Assembly: GCA_030704615.1 (NCBI GenBank)
Contig: CM060733.1
Location: forward strand, 39,184,001-39,248,000
Length of the DNA stretch: 64,000 nucleotides
From: Takakia lepidozioides
Taxonomy: Eukaryota; Plantae; Bryophyta
Reading direction: 5' to 3'
Shown here piece after piece: positions 36,417-48,990 of the stretch. The position numbers were made by a program, and so were the translations under genes. The notes below the pieces were generated by a model. That model had not been told where the DNA came from. It made no database searches and worked only from the letters and a program-made list of their open reading frames with translations. The number at the start of each line of letters is the position of its first letter. Within the stretch, counting starts at the first letter, position 1.

Positions 36417-38040
36417 AGAAGGGACCTTCAAGCAGTAGAAATGCACAAGGCAGGTGTGGAGCTGCTTGGAGCAGCCCTCAGCTGTAACAAAATTCCTCCA
36501 GTGTACAACAAGGGTTGATCCACGACACTCCAATGGTCAGGTAGAGCCAGAGGCTCTTCAGATTGTGGCATCTGCAATACAAATTCTCCAGGAGAGGGGG
36601 ACACAATCGGCAAGGGTAGCATGGGGACAACTTCATGTTATTGGTGATAAGAACTTTGCTTTGTAAATCTTTGTTGGAGAAGCATTGTTGCTATGTTATC
36701 ACAGGCTGAAGAAGGTCGCATGTTGATTGCAACAAAGGTGCATATTCAAAGGGTCATCACGTCTTTGATCTCTCATGCTGCACAGTCATTGAAGCACGCT
36801 GCTGAGACAGGGTATCCACAATCTCCAAGCACAGTGGCAATTGCTTCTACCCAAGAGATGACAACTACAGGAAACTGTAAATTCTCTCTCCAATGCTGGA
36901 GGTGTGTCTCGCTGCTACCCCCAGCAAGCAGTTGCTGTAAGTAAAAGCATGATAGCTTGTGTCTCAAAGGTCTCGGCGCTGCAGCTTGCACCTAGCAGAC
37001 CCTGCCATGCCTCAAACAGCTCTGGCGATTCTCCATGAAGTTGTAGCACCAACGGCCTTTAGTTCTCTTCATTGCTTGCTCAACTCGGACATCAGCATCA
37101 AGTTCAAGGTTGAGCTCTTGCAAGGCATAGTGACAAATGGCGAGGACATGCCAACTGCTGAACAACTGAACTCAGGTTTTGAAGAGCAAGAACCAAATGA
37201 TATACTTCCTTGTGGGGATGAAAGAGCTCAGGAAGGAATGCTTTCAGAGCAGGCCATCTGGTGCTGTTTCTGGACCTTTTGCAGAGTTCTACGGATTATG
37301 GGGCAGTTGTTCTGTTGGAACTCGCAAAGAGGCTTGATTGGTTACTAGGAGCAGTGACAGAAGAGGGGATGTACGTCTCAATTTTACAGCTTCAAGTTTT
37401 CCCTCCAAGTAGCCCGGGTTCGTCTTTGAAGACACAATGGCAGCTGATGTATGTTTGGACATTACGAGCACTGGAGACCTATGCTGCTGTCGCTGCTTCC
37501 TCCAGTGAAGCGTGGGTTCAGATTGAGCAATTTCTCTTCCAGAATGCCCTCCACCCCTGTGCTCTCTGTGGCGAATTAGTCATGAAGCTTTGGTGCTTCA
37601 TTGCACGGCATAGTGAGCTTGCACCGATTCAAGGACACATCTCCTCGATATTTTCTCTTCTCCAGTCTCTGGCATCACAAGCTCGAGAGGTTTCACAGCA
37701 GCCACTTAAGAGACCGGCTTGGTTGGTTTGCACCGTCAGTCAAGCTGGTCCCTCTGCAATCGCCTCGCACCTATACAACCTTGCATTGCATAAGGACCGT
37801 TTTACATCCTCATTGTCAGCAAGAGTTGCGACGGCTCTTTTGGAAGGAAGTTTTTTCCTTTCGCCTTCTACCTTACAGCCTCCAGAAGCCTTCATTTATC
37901 AGCTTGTTAAAACATTGTCTAGCTGCTGGGAGACACCTTTCTCAAAGGAAGGAGAGCATAGATTGCATGGATTCAAGTCCTTTTCCTGTGAAGGAAGGTG
38001 CCATGTGGTGTTTACTTGAGCATCTTCATCAATGGTGAGT
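36417..38040 (+). pseudogene. FLIP: Frameshifted fragment of a FIGL1-interacting protein (FLIP/FIRRM/C1orf112, DUF4487-like)
   Basis: LFLDLLQSS...KRLDWLLGAVTEEGMYVSILQLQ...AWVQIEQFLFQNALHPCALCGELVMKLWCFIARH resembles plant FLIP as I recall it. Upstream pieces are split across frames and contain stops. Confidence 0.7.
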
Positions 38041-38668
38041 GCAATTGCTGATTTATTCCTCACCATTCCCCCACCTCCTGCAGATGTAGTCCCTAATTTA
38101 TTTTCTGTCTACATTGGCAAAAAAGGGTACATCCCTGTCCCTCCTAGGCTTTGCCTGCCTTGTTGATGTGATGTTTTTCCTGCTTAAATATATTGCCCAT
38201 TACTTCCTACACTACCAGGGAAGACGTTTACTTTCCTTGAAGATCCAAAGCAGATCCCGTAGAGCAGTTGTTGAAATCATCCACGCATCCACTGTTAGAT
38301 ACATTGTAAAACATCAAAGTAATCCACTGTCAAACAATACATGTCACAACTAGCAACCTGCTGTATACTCACTGCCATTTCTACACAACCCCTGTATTCG
38401 AGCAGGCTAAGAAATAAATGGACCGAACATGTTTGGACAACTCACCAAAGTAGCAAGGGTTGATGATATATAAAGATAAAGCAACAAAAGAATGAGCACA
38501 TTAATGATGCGTCAAATCATCAGTTTGATCCTCGGATACTGTATCTTCTTCACAGTTTTCTGTGGGGTGTGACGGGAACATCAAAATTGGACCCATACTC
38601 ACAAAATTTCAGTGTAAATGTCTCTGCACAATCCGTCTCTTCTCATAGATGAGATGAACATTGACCTG

Positions 38669-41600
38669 CTAGTCTAACGGCTGGTTGATCCTCTGTCCAT
38701 CCAAAAATTTCAGTGAAGGTAACGCTTGAAGTAAAGCATTGCTAAAATCATCATCATTCTGAACTGGGTTTCCGGCTATCTCTAGCACTCTCAAACCCAT
38801 CCCATGGAAGACTGCCCCAACCTCCCACGGACCCTCTGCCCTCGTTGGCTCTGCGGCAGGCTGTTGCTCTGGCACACCACTGGAGGACAAAAAATAGTTG
38901 GTCAACACTGAAGGGAATAAAGCACGGCAAGTGTCAACACCGTGGGCTCCAATTTCGTTGAAAGAAACATTGAGAGATGTGAGGAGAGGAAGCAAGCGAA
39001 GTGGTGCGAGAGCTGCCACTTGACTGATCTTGTTATGGCTGAGATCCAATGATACCAGCAACTGCAAAGTCTCCAAACCTGGATTGAATGCACCAGTAAG
39101 ATTGACAGGTGAGCCACCAGCTCAATGGCTGCTAGGGTATGGCACCTTTATAACTGCAAGCATTACAACAAGCAGTAAAGTCTCTTTTCTAATGTCTGCG
39201 CACTAGGCAACATGGCGCAGTGAGAGACTGTATGACGTTACCATGGGTGGAATGCAAATGGTTGTTACTCAGGTCCAACCGCTGAACCCATAGCAAGCGC
39301 TCACTGCATCCCACTGTTGCCAGTGACAGACCCGACAACCGTAGCCAACCAAACACATTCACTGTAGAACTCTTGATTCCATCCACAGGGTACATCCCCC
39401 ACTGCTGCTCTAATTTATTGATATTAGCCGTTACCTGCCATACAATAAGAGGTGACAGCTTCATGAGGGAAAAAATCCAGATGCAGAAACTTCGGCTGAT
39501 GTTAGGGTGACCACAAATGGTATTGTCCATTCCAGCAAAGAAGTGGCAGGACTCTGAGCCGAGGAGGAGAATGGGCTATGGAGGTGGAGAACCAATTGAG
39601 AGACACTACAGCAAGATGGAGATGAGTGGACGTGTCCACCGACAATACAGAAAACCATATTCACCTCATCCATCAGAAGCAGGCTCTGTTGAGCCCTGTA
39701 GTACTCAGCATGGGGTGGGTCAATCCGTGTGAGTTCCTCAAACAGCTTTTGGACTTCTTGTGTGCGCCTTCCACTTTGACTTTCACTATGGGCGTTGTGC
39801 AAAGAAGTGGCAGGACTCTGAGCTGAGGAGGAGAATGGGCTATGGAGGTGGAGAACCAATTGAGAGACACTACAGCAAGATGGAGATGAGTGGACGTGTC
39901 CACCGACAATACAGAAAACCATATTCACCTCATCCATCAGAAGCAGGCTCTGTTGAGCCCTGTAGTACTCAGCATGGGGTGGGTCAATCCGTGTGAGTTC
40001 CTCAAACAGCTTTTGGACTTCTTGTGTGCGCCTTCCACTTTGACTTTCACTATGGGCGTTGTGCAGTAGTAGTAATCTTGCCAATGTCAACTTAGCCCAC
40101 TTGCTGCAGTGCGAAAAAGCAGTAAATAAGTTCAGCGTGTAGGAGTGGATGGTAAAGGAAGGATGCAGGTTAGCCTGAAGAGAGAGGGAGAGAAGGCTCC
40201 GGCCGTAGCTATTATCTCCAAAGGTTGGAGTGGTGACAAGTCACACCCTGGATATAAAAGGGCAGACATAGCCAGCACCTATGGGACATGTGGCTACAAT
40301 TGAATCCTGGACACACTGTGCAACTGATAGCTTCTGTGAATAGAGTGGGTGTGGGTGTCTAAAGATAACATTTGGTGCCATTCTCAGTGGGATAGGAAAA
40401 CTATTGAAGATTTGGAGGTCTACTTACCTGTCTGGTTCAAGCTCCAGCAGTTCCTGGCACACCCCAATTTCTCTCTCCAAAATCAGCAGTTTCTGAGCAG
40501 CATCTGGGATCAGGATGGGAGTGTGGACAATGACGTTGTCCCCATGCCCAATGTCATTCTGACCTTCTCTGGTTTCAGGCTTCAGACCACAATGAGACTC
40601 AACTTCTGATGTCTCTGCCTCTCCATCTGTTGAGATCAGATTTTTGCATGGCCACACCAAACCCTCTGTCCAATCCTCAACCTCCCCACCAGCACCTTCC
40701 TCAGGCAATGACAAACATGGTGCCGCTGTGAATTCCAAGTGCACAGGGCCTTGGAGAGAACGAGCCTCTAGGGAGAGGATGCCTGGCACTGCAGCAACCT
40801 CTATGTTGATTTGATAATTGACGCCGCAAGAAGAATTCTGGTGCTCATGAGCTGTTGGGACCGCAATATTGGTGGCCCAGATCCGAGAATGCCCTTTAGA
40901 GAAGCTGACAGGTGTCCATGTGAGCTTGGAAATGTCTCCAAACTGCGGCAAAGTGTGGACAGCAACAGTTTGGTTGTTCACCCCTGTAACTGGTTCGTTG
41001 AAACAAAGAATAAGCGGTATCCCCCAGGACCATACAGTTTCTACTTTTTTGAAAGGAGTGCTAAAGGTAACTGCAGATTTGGATGCGTCATCGGAGAGTC
41101 GGAATGATAAGTGGGAGCCAGAGGGAGGCCAGCTTCCATTAAACAAAGGCCCTCCAGACGCGACTGTCTGGCCAAGCAACCAGGAATAGTAAAACCACCC
41201 ACTCTGGTCATTTGGGTCTGTAAAGAATGAGTTTATTACGAGCTTATACTCGTCTTCCAATCTCTCTCCGACTGAAACCACCCTGCCTGATGCATCCTTA
41301 AAAAGCTGTGATAGAAGTGCACTACAACACCAACAAATGAAGCTGCGTCAGACTGATACCACCACACTCGATTATGTACAACAGCAGCAGTAAACTAGCA
41401 GATTCTAATTGGACGAGCTTGAATTTCATCAAACACTTTAGAGGATGATGAGTTTATGTGGGCTACCTGCGATTATGCCAGGCAGAGTAATTGCTGAAGT
41501 TCTCATTTATTTTGGCTGTTGTAAACTGTATTTCTGCTTCTGCCGAGACCCCCTGCAACCTCCCCGCAAATCTGGGAATTATACCAACACAACACCATTG

Positions 41601-43513
41601 TCATAACCTTGGGAAAAAAAGGTTCCGCTTGACTCTCAAAAGAAAAACCCACAACCAACATGCAGAAAGGAGGAGAGAGGGAGAGAGAAAGAGAATGTAC
41701 TCATAAGACATTGTTTGCCGTAGCTTTGTGCCCATAGACCCCACTCACAGTTTGGGCAGAACAAAAGGGAAGAACTACCTTTGTGAGGGGTTCACTCAGG
41801 TAGCAGTTTTCCAGATATCCTCTAGAAAGCCCTTCACAGAAGCATCAACTTGCTGTGTGTGAGTCCTGCTGTGTGTGGTTTGCCCAACAACTAGGCCCCA
41901 AAAGGGCCTGGGATTTTGGCTCAGCTCGGAGACAGACAATTGAGGAAGAGAGAGGGAGAGAAAGAGAGAGAAACCTGCGATAGTTCCAACCCTGGAAGTT
42001 CCTGGCATCCACTTTGAGGAGCTGCTTCAAGAGCACAAACTCAAAGTCCAGAGGGGAAAGACCCAAGCCAATGACCCATTTCCGATGGTACCACGCACCA
42101 TATGATTTGGGGTTCACATTCAATGCTCTTAACACCTGCCCTTCACACCCTCAAACTGAACTTCATCAAGCAAATTCCGCAAATCTCTGTACATCAAAAA
42201 AGAGGTGGGACACCTGATATTGGTGAACTTGTCGCTGAATTCTGGACTACACAAATCTCAAACTTCTAAAATGAGTTTGATTAAAACCTGCCAAGAAACG
42301 CAAACTGAGTCTGGAACTAAACTTCCAATAGTGATGAGAACATTTGTTCATGTCAACAATAAATCCATAGCAAATCCTTGGTCATTGCAGGCTGGTTGGG
42401 AGGGTTGAAATACCAAGTCAAGCTCCACTTGAGCAATACATTTGCGAGCGTCCTCATTGGACTCCACTGCCAGAAGATGTTGGACAGCACGCTTTCGATA
42501 GTTCCAAGCTGTGTAGAACTCAGGGTTCAGCTCTAGTAACCGCGCATTTTGCCTCAATGCTTCCTTTGTATAGCTGCCCAGAGATCACCAAGTGTGAAAG
42601 TGGGGAGGAGGGGGAGAGATCTTGGCTGTGACCTAGTTTTGAGGATACAGTCGCAGCAAGATACACAACCTCTTACAACATTTCATGGAGGTCAAACCCA
42701 CCAGGTATAAACTAAGCCCAAAGTAGTAATTGGCCTTGCCCACAGCAGAAGTTGAATTTACTCCCTGGCAATTGTGTATCTAACAACTTGGTTTGGCTTT
42801 ATTTGGCATGAGAAGTCATGCCTTCTCATGCCCCTTGTGGGAATGCATAGTTCCAAACTTACGAAGTTACTGCACTGGCCATTTGAGCTTTCAGAACTTT
42901 TGCAAACTGGCAATATTTTACCCTTATTTCGCCAAGAAACTAAGTAGTACCCAGCAGAAATAATCGTTTGGTGGGAGCCTCTGGTTCTAATTTGGAGACC
43001 TCCTTTGCCCCAAACTCTTGCCATGATGGATTCATCAATCCATAAGGCACCTTGAGCTGCTGGGGTATGGGTGCAATTATGGACTTGGAAGAGATCAGAT
43101 TCACAGGGTCATTTGATGAGGTTCAACCGCAGGGACAGTGCTCACATATATACATTAAGTCTTTTCAAGTATACAATTATAGTAAGAAAGAGCTTTTCAA
43201 GTCGCTCTTCTTATCTTTCTGCATAAGATTTCTAGGTCCAGCTCCATCACGATTGTTTTCAACTGCCTGGGTAGAAGCTCAGAGTAGATTCGTGCCGTGC
43301 TTAGACTGTAGATTTTTAAGAAATTAACCTACCAAGCGTGCTCCTAATAAGCTTGTGTGTGTGTGTGTGCGTGTGCGTGTGTGAGAGAGAGTACCAGCAG
43401 ATATGATGGTTATGGAGAACGACGGGTTGAAGGGATTGAAGCTCCGCGACTTTGGCCTGCCTCTTCTTTTCTGCTGGAGGATCTCCGGCACTCTGACGAG
43501 GTATTCCATGCAT
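38669..43513 (-). CDS. RGTA1: Rab geranylgeranyltransferase (GGTase II) alpha subunit (exons 43395-43513, 42414-42573, 41975-42135, 41467-41571, 40428-41321, 39929-40103, 39242-39434, 38669-39078; 738 aa)
   Basis: MHG start; PPTA repeats NPEFYTAWNYRK, NPKSYGAWYHRKW, DARNFQGWNYRR, NFSNYSAWHNRS and TDPNDQSGWFY; C-terminal LRRs LDLSNNHL, LDLSHNKI, LPSLKFLDG. Exons sum to 2217 nt. Confidence 0.95.
39535..40064. repeat. 264-bp near-perfect tandem duplication spanning the RGTA exon 6/intron 6 junction
   Basis: 39535-39798 matches 39799-40062 with one visible mismatch. GCA microhomology at the junction. Confidence 0.95.
41695..41935 (-). repeat. ~235-bp dispersed intronic element, copy in RGTA intron 3
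   Basis: Homologous to 46010-46243 (+). Its end is also present at 27631-27690. Confidence 0.75.
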
Positions 43514-44140
43514 CGTCCCAAACAACCAACCGGTAGGCTCTGATAAGTCTGATTACACCACTCGCGCACCAAGCAAACTCTGGAAGAAGTGAAACAAAAA
43601 TGGATCCCACCGTTTTTCTTGAAAGATATTAAAAAATCTCGTGACCCAGCGAGCTATCGTCCCATCCTCAATCGCATGTCAATCAAAATTCCTTAACCAT
43701 AAACACAAGCAAAGAGCGCGAGGCAAGCAGAGAGCGAGAGCGCGCGCGAGAGAGAGAGAGAGATGCAACGGATGAATGAAGGCTTTGGCAACCTCATGCG
43801 CTCCAAACCTCATTCATCACCTTTCTGCTATCTTATTTTGGCTAAACATGATTTTCTGGCTAAATGTACTTACGTTTCACTCATAATTAAATGGCTAAAC
43901 CGGCTCATCGTCTTCCTCGTATCGCAAGAGAGAGACAGAGAGACAGAGAGGAGCGTAAGAGAGTGGGATGCGATCCGACATTCGAGCACGACATTAGGTG
44001 TAGGTCTTGTTGCATGCGTGCTTGTGTGTGTTTGATTCATATAAGATCCTCTTAATCGTATTTTCATCTCAACAGTATTGCATTTTTGGAGGCACAATCA
44101 AAGAAGGAGCAGTGGACGAAGCAAGGTGCCTGCACACGCA

Positions 44141-46919
44141 ATGGTGATGAATCCCCGTGACTGGTGGACACAGAAAAGGAAACTAATTGCATCACATCGG
44201 GAACCTTCCTTCATGATACCGTCCGTGGTTGAGACCAAGGACTCACCGGAAGCCAGCAAAGAGAAATTAAACGCCCCAGCTGAAGCTAGGCTTCGGCATG
44301 CCAGACGTTGCACAGACGGTGTTCATTACCTACTTATTCTCTGTGTTTTTAAACTAGTAGCTTGATCTTTTTCTGAATATCACATGGAAACCGTTACTCC
44401 CTCCTTTGTTTGTCGAGTTATCTATAATTCTTATGAGCAATGTGCCCTAGTGAGTATGGAGTCTGCTCGCTCACTTGAATATCTAGCGGCGTGCAATGTG
44501 TGGATGTTGTCCTAGCATTTTAAGCTGGGAACTAACGAACGTGACAATAGTTTACTTGTGTAAGCGTCAACCTTGACTGTCTTACTAAAACATGTGGAGA
44601 CTCGGGAAAGGAAATACGGTGACAACCAAGCCACCAACTTCGGTGTGGGGCTCTTTTGGTTCGTGTTGCCAGAGTACCTTCAATCCGATAAGAGGGGAGC
44701 AATTTATCCTTTTGGGAGACGAATTTTAGCAACCTTATCGACTTTAGACCTCTTTTCATTCCTCGACTTCCTTTATGATGGGTGTATTCCTAGTCTCAGG
44801 ACTGGAAAGCACCCATGTACCTCAAACTTGCAGCCTACCACATTCGATTCTGAGTTAACTGATTATAACAGTAGAAAGTAACGTCTGGCATTCATATATC
44901 TCTATAGTGAAGCCCTTGCCGCTAGTTATTCTAATGCATGCTGCGCATGGAGCTTCACATCCAACATTGTCACGGGAACACTTGGTTATAGCCATGTATC
45001 CGGCAGCTTGAACCTTTCTACATGACTCAACCTTGACTTCAGTTTCACCTTCATGTGTTTAGCTGCACACTTGCCAGTTGGGATTGACTGGGAGGATTTT
45101 GTTGTGATATTGGTCTTGAGTAGACACTTTCGCATTTTGTGATATGTATGTTTCCCAAGATGAGAGAAGCTGCATGCACACACAGTAGTTTGGCCCTCCC
45201 CAGAACTTAATTGTTTGAATAGAACAGGTTCTTATCAGTGGCTTCTATTTCTGGATGAAGAGATTGCAATGATTGATCTCAAAATCCACTCATTAACCTC
45301 CCTCTCATATGCTCATGATATTTGCTCATTTTAGATTAGTGCTGTTGGATCTTGTTCTCTTGTATTTCGATCAGAGCACAATCACTAGGCAACATGACTT
45401 CAGGAAAGTAACACACAAGGCTTATAGATAAGGGTTGATAACACTGAGAAACTGGCTCTGAGGGTACTGTTGTTTGTGATGCAGAAGGAGTGAGGGCAGG
45501 TGTGAAGGCTGCTGCTATTGCAGCTGTTTCTACTGCTATTCCCACGGTGAGTCTTTCCTTCCATCTTTGTTGTGGACAAAGACTGATGTCACTGCATTCA
45601 GAAGCTGGAATTCCGCGGTGTCTTATTTCAGTGTATGTACTGAAAAATCTTAGTTGTATAATGACGTGTTTTAGGAAGTAAAGAGTAAAAAGAATCTCAC
45701 CAGAAGAACAGACCGACAGATGGCAGATCCTCATTCCTCTGAGGGATGTTGAACCAGCCAGGCCACTGACGATATCCGTGGGACCGAAAATGTATACTAA
45801 TTATCGTCCTGTTGGGTCACTAGCCACCAGGTACTAACCCTCATGAAACTCTGTGCAGCATTCCTCCTCCCAAGGCATCTCTCTCTCTCTCTCTCTCTCA
45901 GACAACATCCATTTTCTGATACATTCTCTGGGGTATTCTCACCAGAGAGTGACCCTCTTCAGGAACATGAAGGACATGGTTCCTGCACCTGAGTTAACCG
46001 ACTTCCAAAATCTCCAGGCTGAGCCAAAAGCCCTGGCCGTTTGGGGTCTAACATTTGGGCTGCTCACACACAGCAGATTGATGCTTGTGTGAAGGGCTTT
46101 TTACAGGATCCTGATATCAAGGTAAATCTCACTACTGGAGCAAGCCCCTCACAAACGTAGTGTCTATTCCCTGTGTTTCCGTCCAAACTGGGGGCAGGGT
46201 CCATAGCCACAAGGCTATGGAAAATGAAGTCTTATGAGTACATTCTCTCTCCCTCCCAAGCTCCTTTCGCATTGAGAAGTATCAACTGGTCCTGATCCAA
46301 GATTGAGATGAGAATGTTAATTGCAAATGGTCTGTGGTTACATGGTTGCACTGGCAATGAATTTGTGAAACCAGCTTGTCGCTGTACGCACTATTCCATG
46401 GGTGAAAAACAACTTGAATTATACTGGGCAAGCCCTCATCATAAGTGCAGGTATTCTCTCTGTCAACTCTGTGTGTGTGTGTGTGTGTGCGTGCTCCCTT
46501 TTGTTCTGCCCAAACTGGGGTCTATGGTCACATAAACCATGTCTCACTATTTCTATTTCATTTCATATCTGTTTCATATCATGTCTCACTGTTTAACTGG
46601 TGTGTGTGTGTGTGTGTGTGCTCCCTTTTGTTCTGCCCAAACTGAGGTCTATGTACACATAAACTTCATATCATGTCTCACTGTTTCACTGGTGGGTTGT
46701 CTCACTATTTGCTATGAAACAGGTATGAAATGAGGACCCTACGTACGTACATTAGCTCATTTCCATCTTCAATGTCTCAATCAATTAAGTTGTGTTGTTT
46801 TGGAAATTGCAGCATCAATTGCTTCCTACTTCATTGTGGCAGAGCAGACCATCATGGAGTGTTCTCGCAATGTCTCATACGCCAATATTGAAAGTGATCG
46901 CGCTGCTGCAAGGTCTTGA
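44141..46919 (+). CDS. ENOD93: Early nodulin 93 family protein (exons 44141-44318, 45485-45546, 46375-46450, 46813-46919; 140 aa)
   Basis: ARRCTD|EGVRAGVKAAAIAAVSTAIPT|LVAVRTIPWVKNNLNYTGQALIISA|ASIASYFIVAEQTIMECSRN. GT-AG introns and a 423-nt open frame. Confidence 0.88.
46010..46243 (+). repeat. ~235-bp dispersed intronic element, copy in ENOD93 intron 2
   Basis: ctgagccaaaa...cacacacagca...gatgct...tgtgaagggcttt...cccctcacaaa...ccaaactg...gtcttatgagtacattc is shared with the RGTA intron 3 copy. Confidence 0.75.
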
Positions 46920-48990
46920 TTTTATTTCTCGGCCACCCTTCCCCCGCCCCCTTTCCCGGTCTTCAGTGTACAGAGCTGTACCCTCAACGGTTTGTGTACT
47001 CGGCAATAAGTTGTCTTTGTTTGCTTGGTTACCACCAATAGGGAACTATATACTACTCTACACCACATTATTAAGTGTGATCACTACTAGTTTCAAACAG
47101 CAGCTTCCCTGAGTAGACTCTTGCCTTCTTGCTTGTCTAGGCAGGTGGCCAGAAGGCACAAGTAGGTGTCTCTCAGAGAACCAGGAATGTAAAGTGGCTG
47201 TCAAAGGTGTGATGCAGCCAGGTTTTGAAATAAGTATGCTGCAGAATCTGGATGTTTGTGGTATATCCGCTACTGTTGTTTGATGTCCCGTCAGCTGTCA
47301 CATGCAGCACCCTTGCTGAAGTGTGAATGGATTTTCTTGGGGAGCTGTCTAGCATATCTTGTAGCTTGAGAGTGACAGATAAAGTAGCTGGAACCAACAT
47401 GTTGAAATTTGGGGGTGTTGAATGTCTTCTTTGTTAAGTAGTTGGTGACTGGTTTAGGATGTACATACTGAATTAGTGAGACATGGTTGGCCGAGAACAT
47501 GGAAATTTGAAGGATCTTCCGAATTAGGCCATCATATACTTTTGATGGACGTTGCAACCCTTGGGATGCATTCCATGTATCCTAACTTAAAAATGCTCAG
47601 ACTTCACACGAGTGAGAACTTGGATGCTGTCCTGGGAAGTGTTATCATCCATCCACAATCACTGCTTGGCCTTGGCAGCTTGGATATAATCTAACGAAAA
47701 AATTGAACACACATTAGCACTGCCTCATGAATTTAGGCCCCTAAAGTTACATGTATTTGCAAATATTAGGTTTTGTTGATGGCAGTTGTAAAGATCCTCG
47801 CATCAATTGTGGGTCCTTGTCCCAGATGTGCTACCTAATGCTGCTCTTCAACAATGTACACATCAACATTCCTCCTGGTTTTGCAGGCATAAATGTGAGC
47901 AAGCAGCAAAGAGAGATCTCTCGCAAAGACCTGTTGCATTGCACCAGAGAGCCACCGGGCCTCTTTTCTTAGAATACAAATGTAACACAATGTCAATCTC
48001 TTTCCAGAGATTCAACAGTTGACTTGCCACCTTCCTCATCACTTATCGTGGATGCCGAGACACAATTCACACGGTATATATAAAAGCTTGAACCCTACGT
48101 GACCAAACTAAGCGTCATCATTTCCGTAACTAGTCCTATCCTTCTCGGCATCAACAAGAACTTCTTCAGCCTCCAAATCTATTCTAGTCAAAGATGTGAC
48201 TTCTACCCATTAACCCTTTCATGAAAAGCCAAGCGACTACTCTAATCACTGCCTTTGCTCGTCTATCATTTACCAAAACTCTCCTACATAGTGTAACTCG
48301 GACCTGGGAAATTCACCGTGTACAAAACGAGGGCTCCAACGAACAAAGAATGGTACAAAAAAAATCATTGAGATTGCTAAAGTCCGAAAGCCCCACTCAT
48401 CGCACAAAAAGAATGGCCCGCAATATATTCCCCCACAAAAATACGGGGTCCTCTTCACCTACTATGTCCCTATTAGAGTGCACAGCTAACGCCTTCTGCG
48501 TGCACAACAGGCCACTGTCAGACCCCACTTAGTACCCCATATGAACATTTTATCTATATCAACAAAGCATAAACAGCAGGTGCTACATTGGCTGGAGTCC
48601 TCAGTGCATCCACGAACCATAATAGGGTAGGCACTTTCTAACAACAACTAACTTTCTCCTGCCTAGTTTCTTTTGCTCAAAAGAGACTGGCGCTAGCCTC
48701 CGGCATTGGCCTTTCCTGAATCCATAATTCGAGTCCATGACCAGCTCCACTGTAGCCTAGTTGCCTCTCTATGGTGCTATATGGTGGAGGGGTTTGATAT
48801 GCTCAACTCATAAAAATGCAGTGTCAACAGAACTGACATAGATAGGGCCACAAAAAAAGGAAGAACAGGGCCCAATCACACGTAGTAAAGAAGAGATCGT
48901 TAGGGTTAAGTAAAAGAGCATGACCTCTCACTAGGAAAAGACTCTTGATAGTAGAGATCTATTTCTCCCCACTCAGCCAGCTAAACTAGG

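Noticed and set aside
48000-48540. Organellar insertion or small gene
   Set aside because: No motif I can confidently recognise; needs BLAST.
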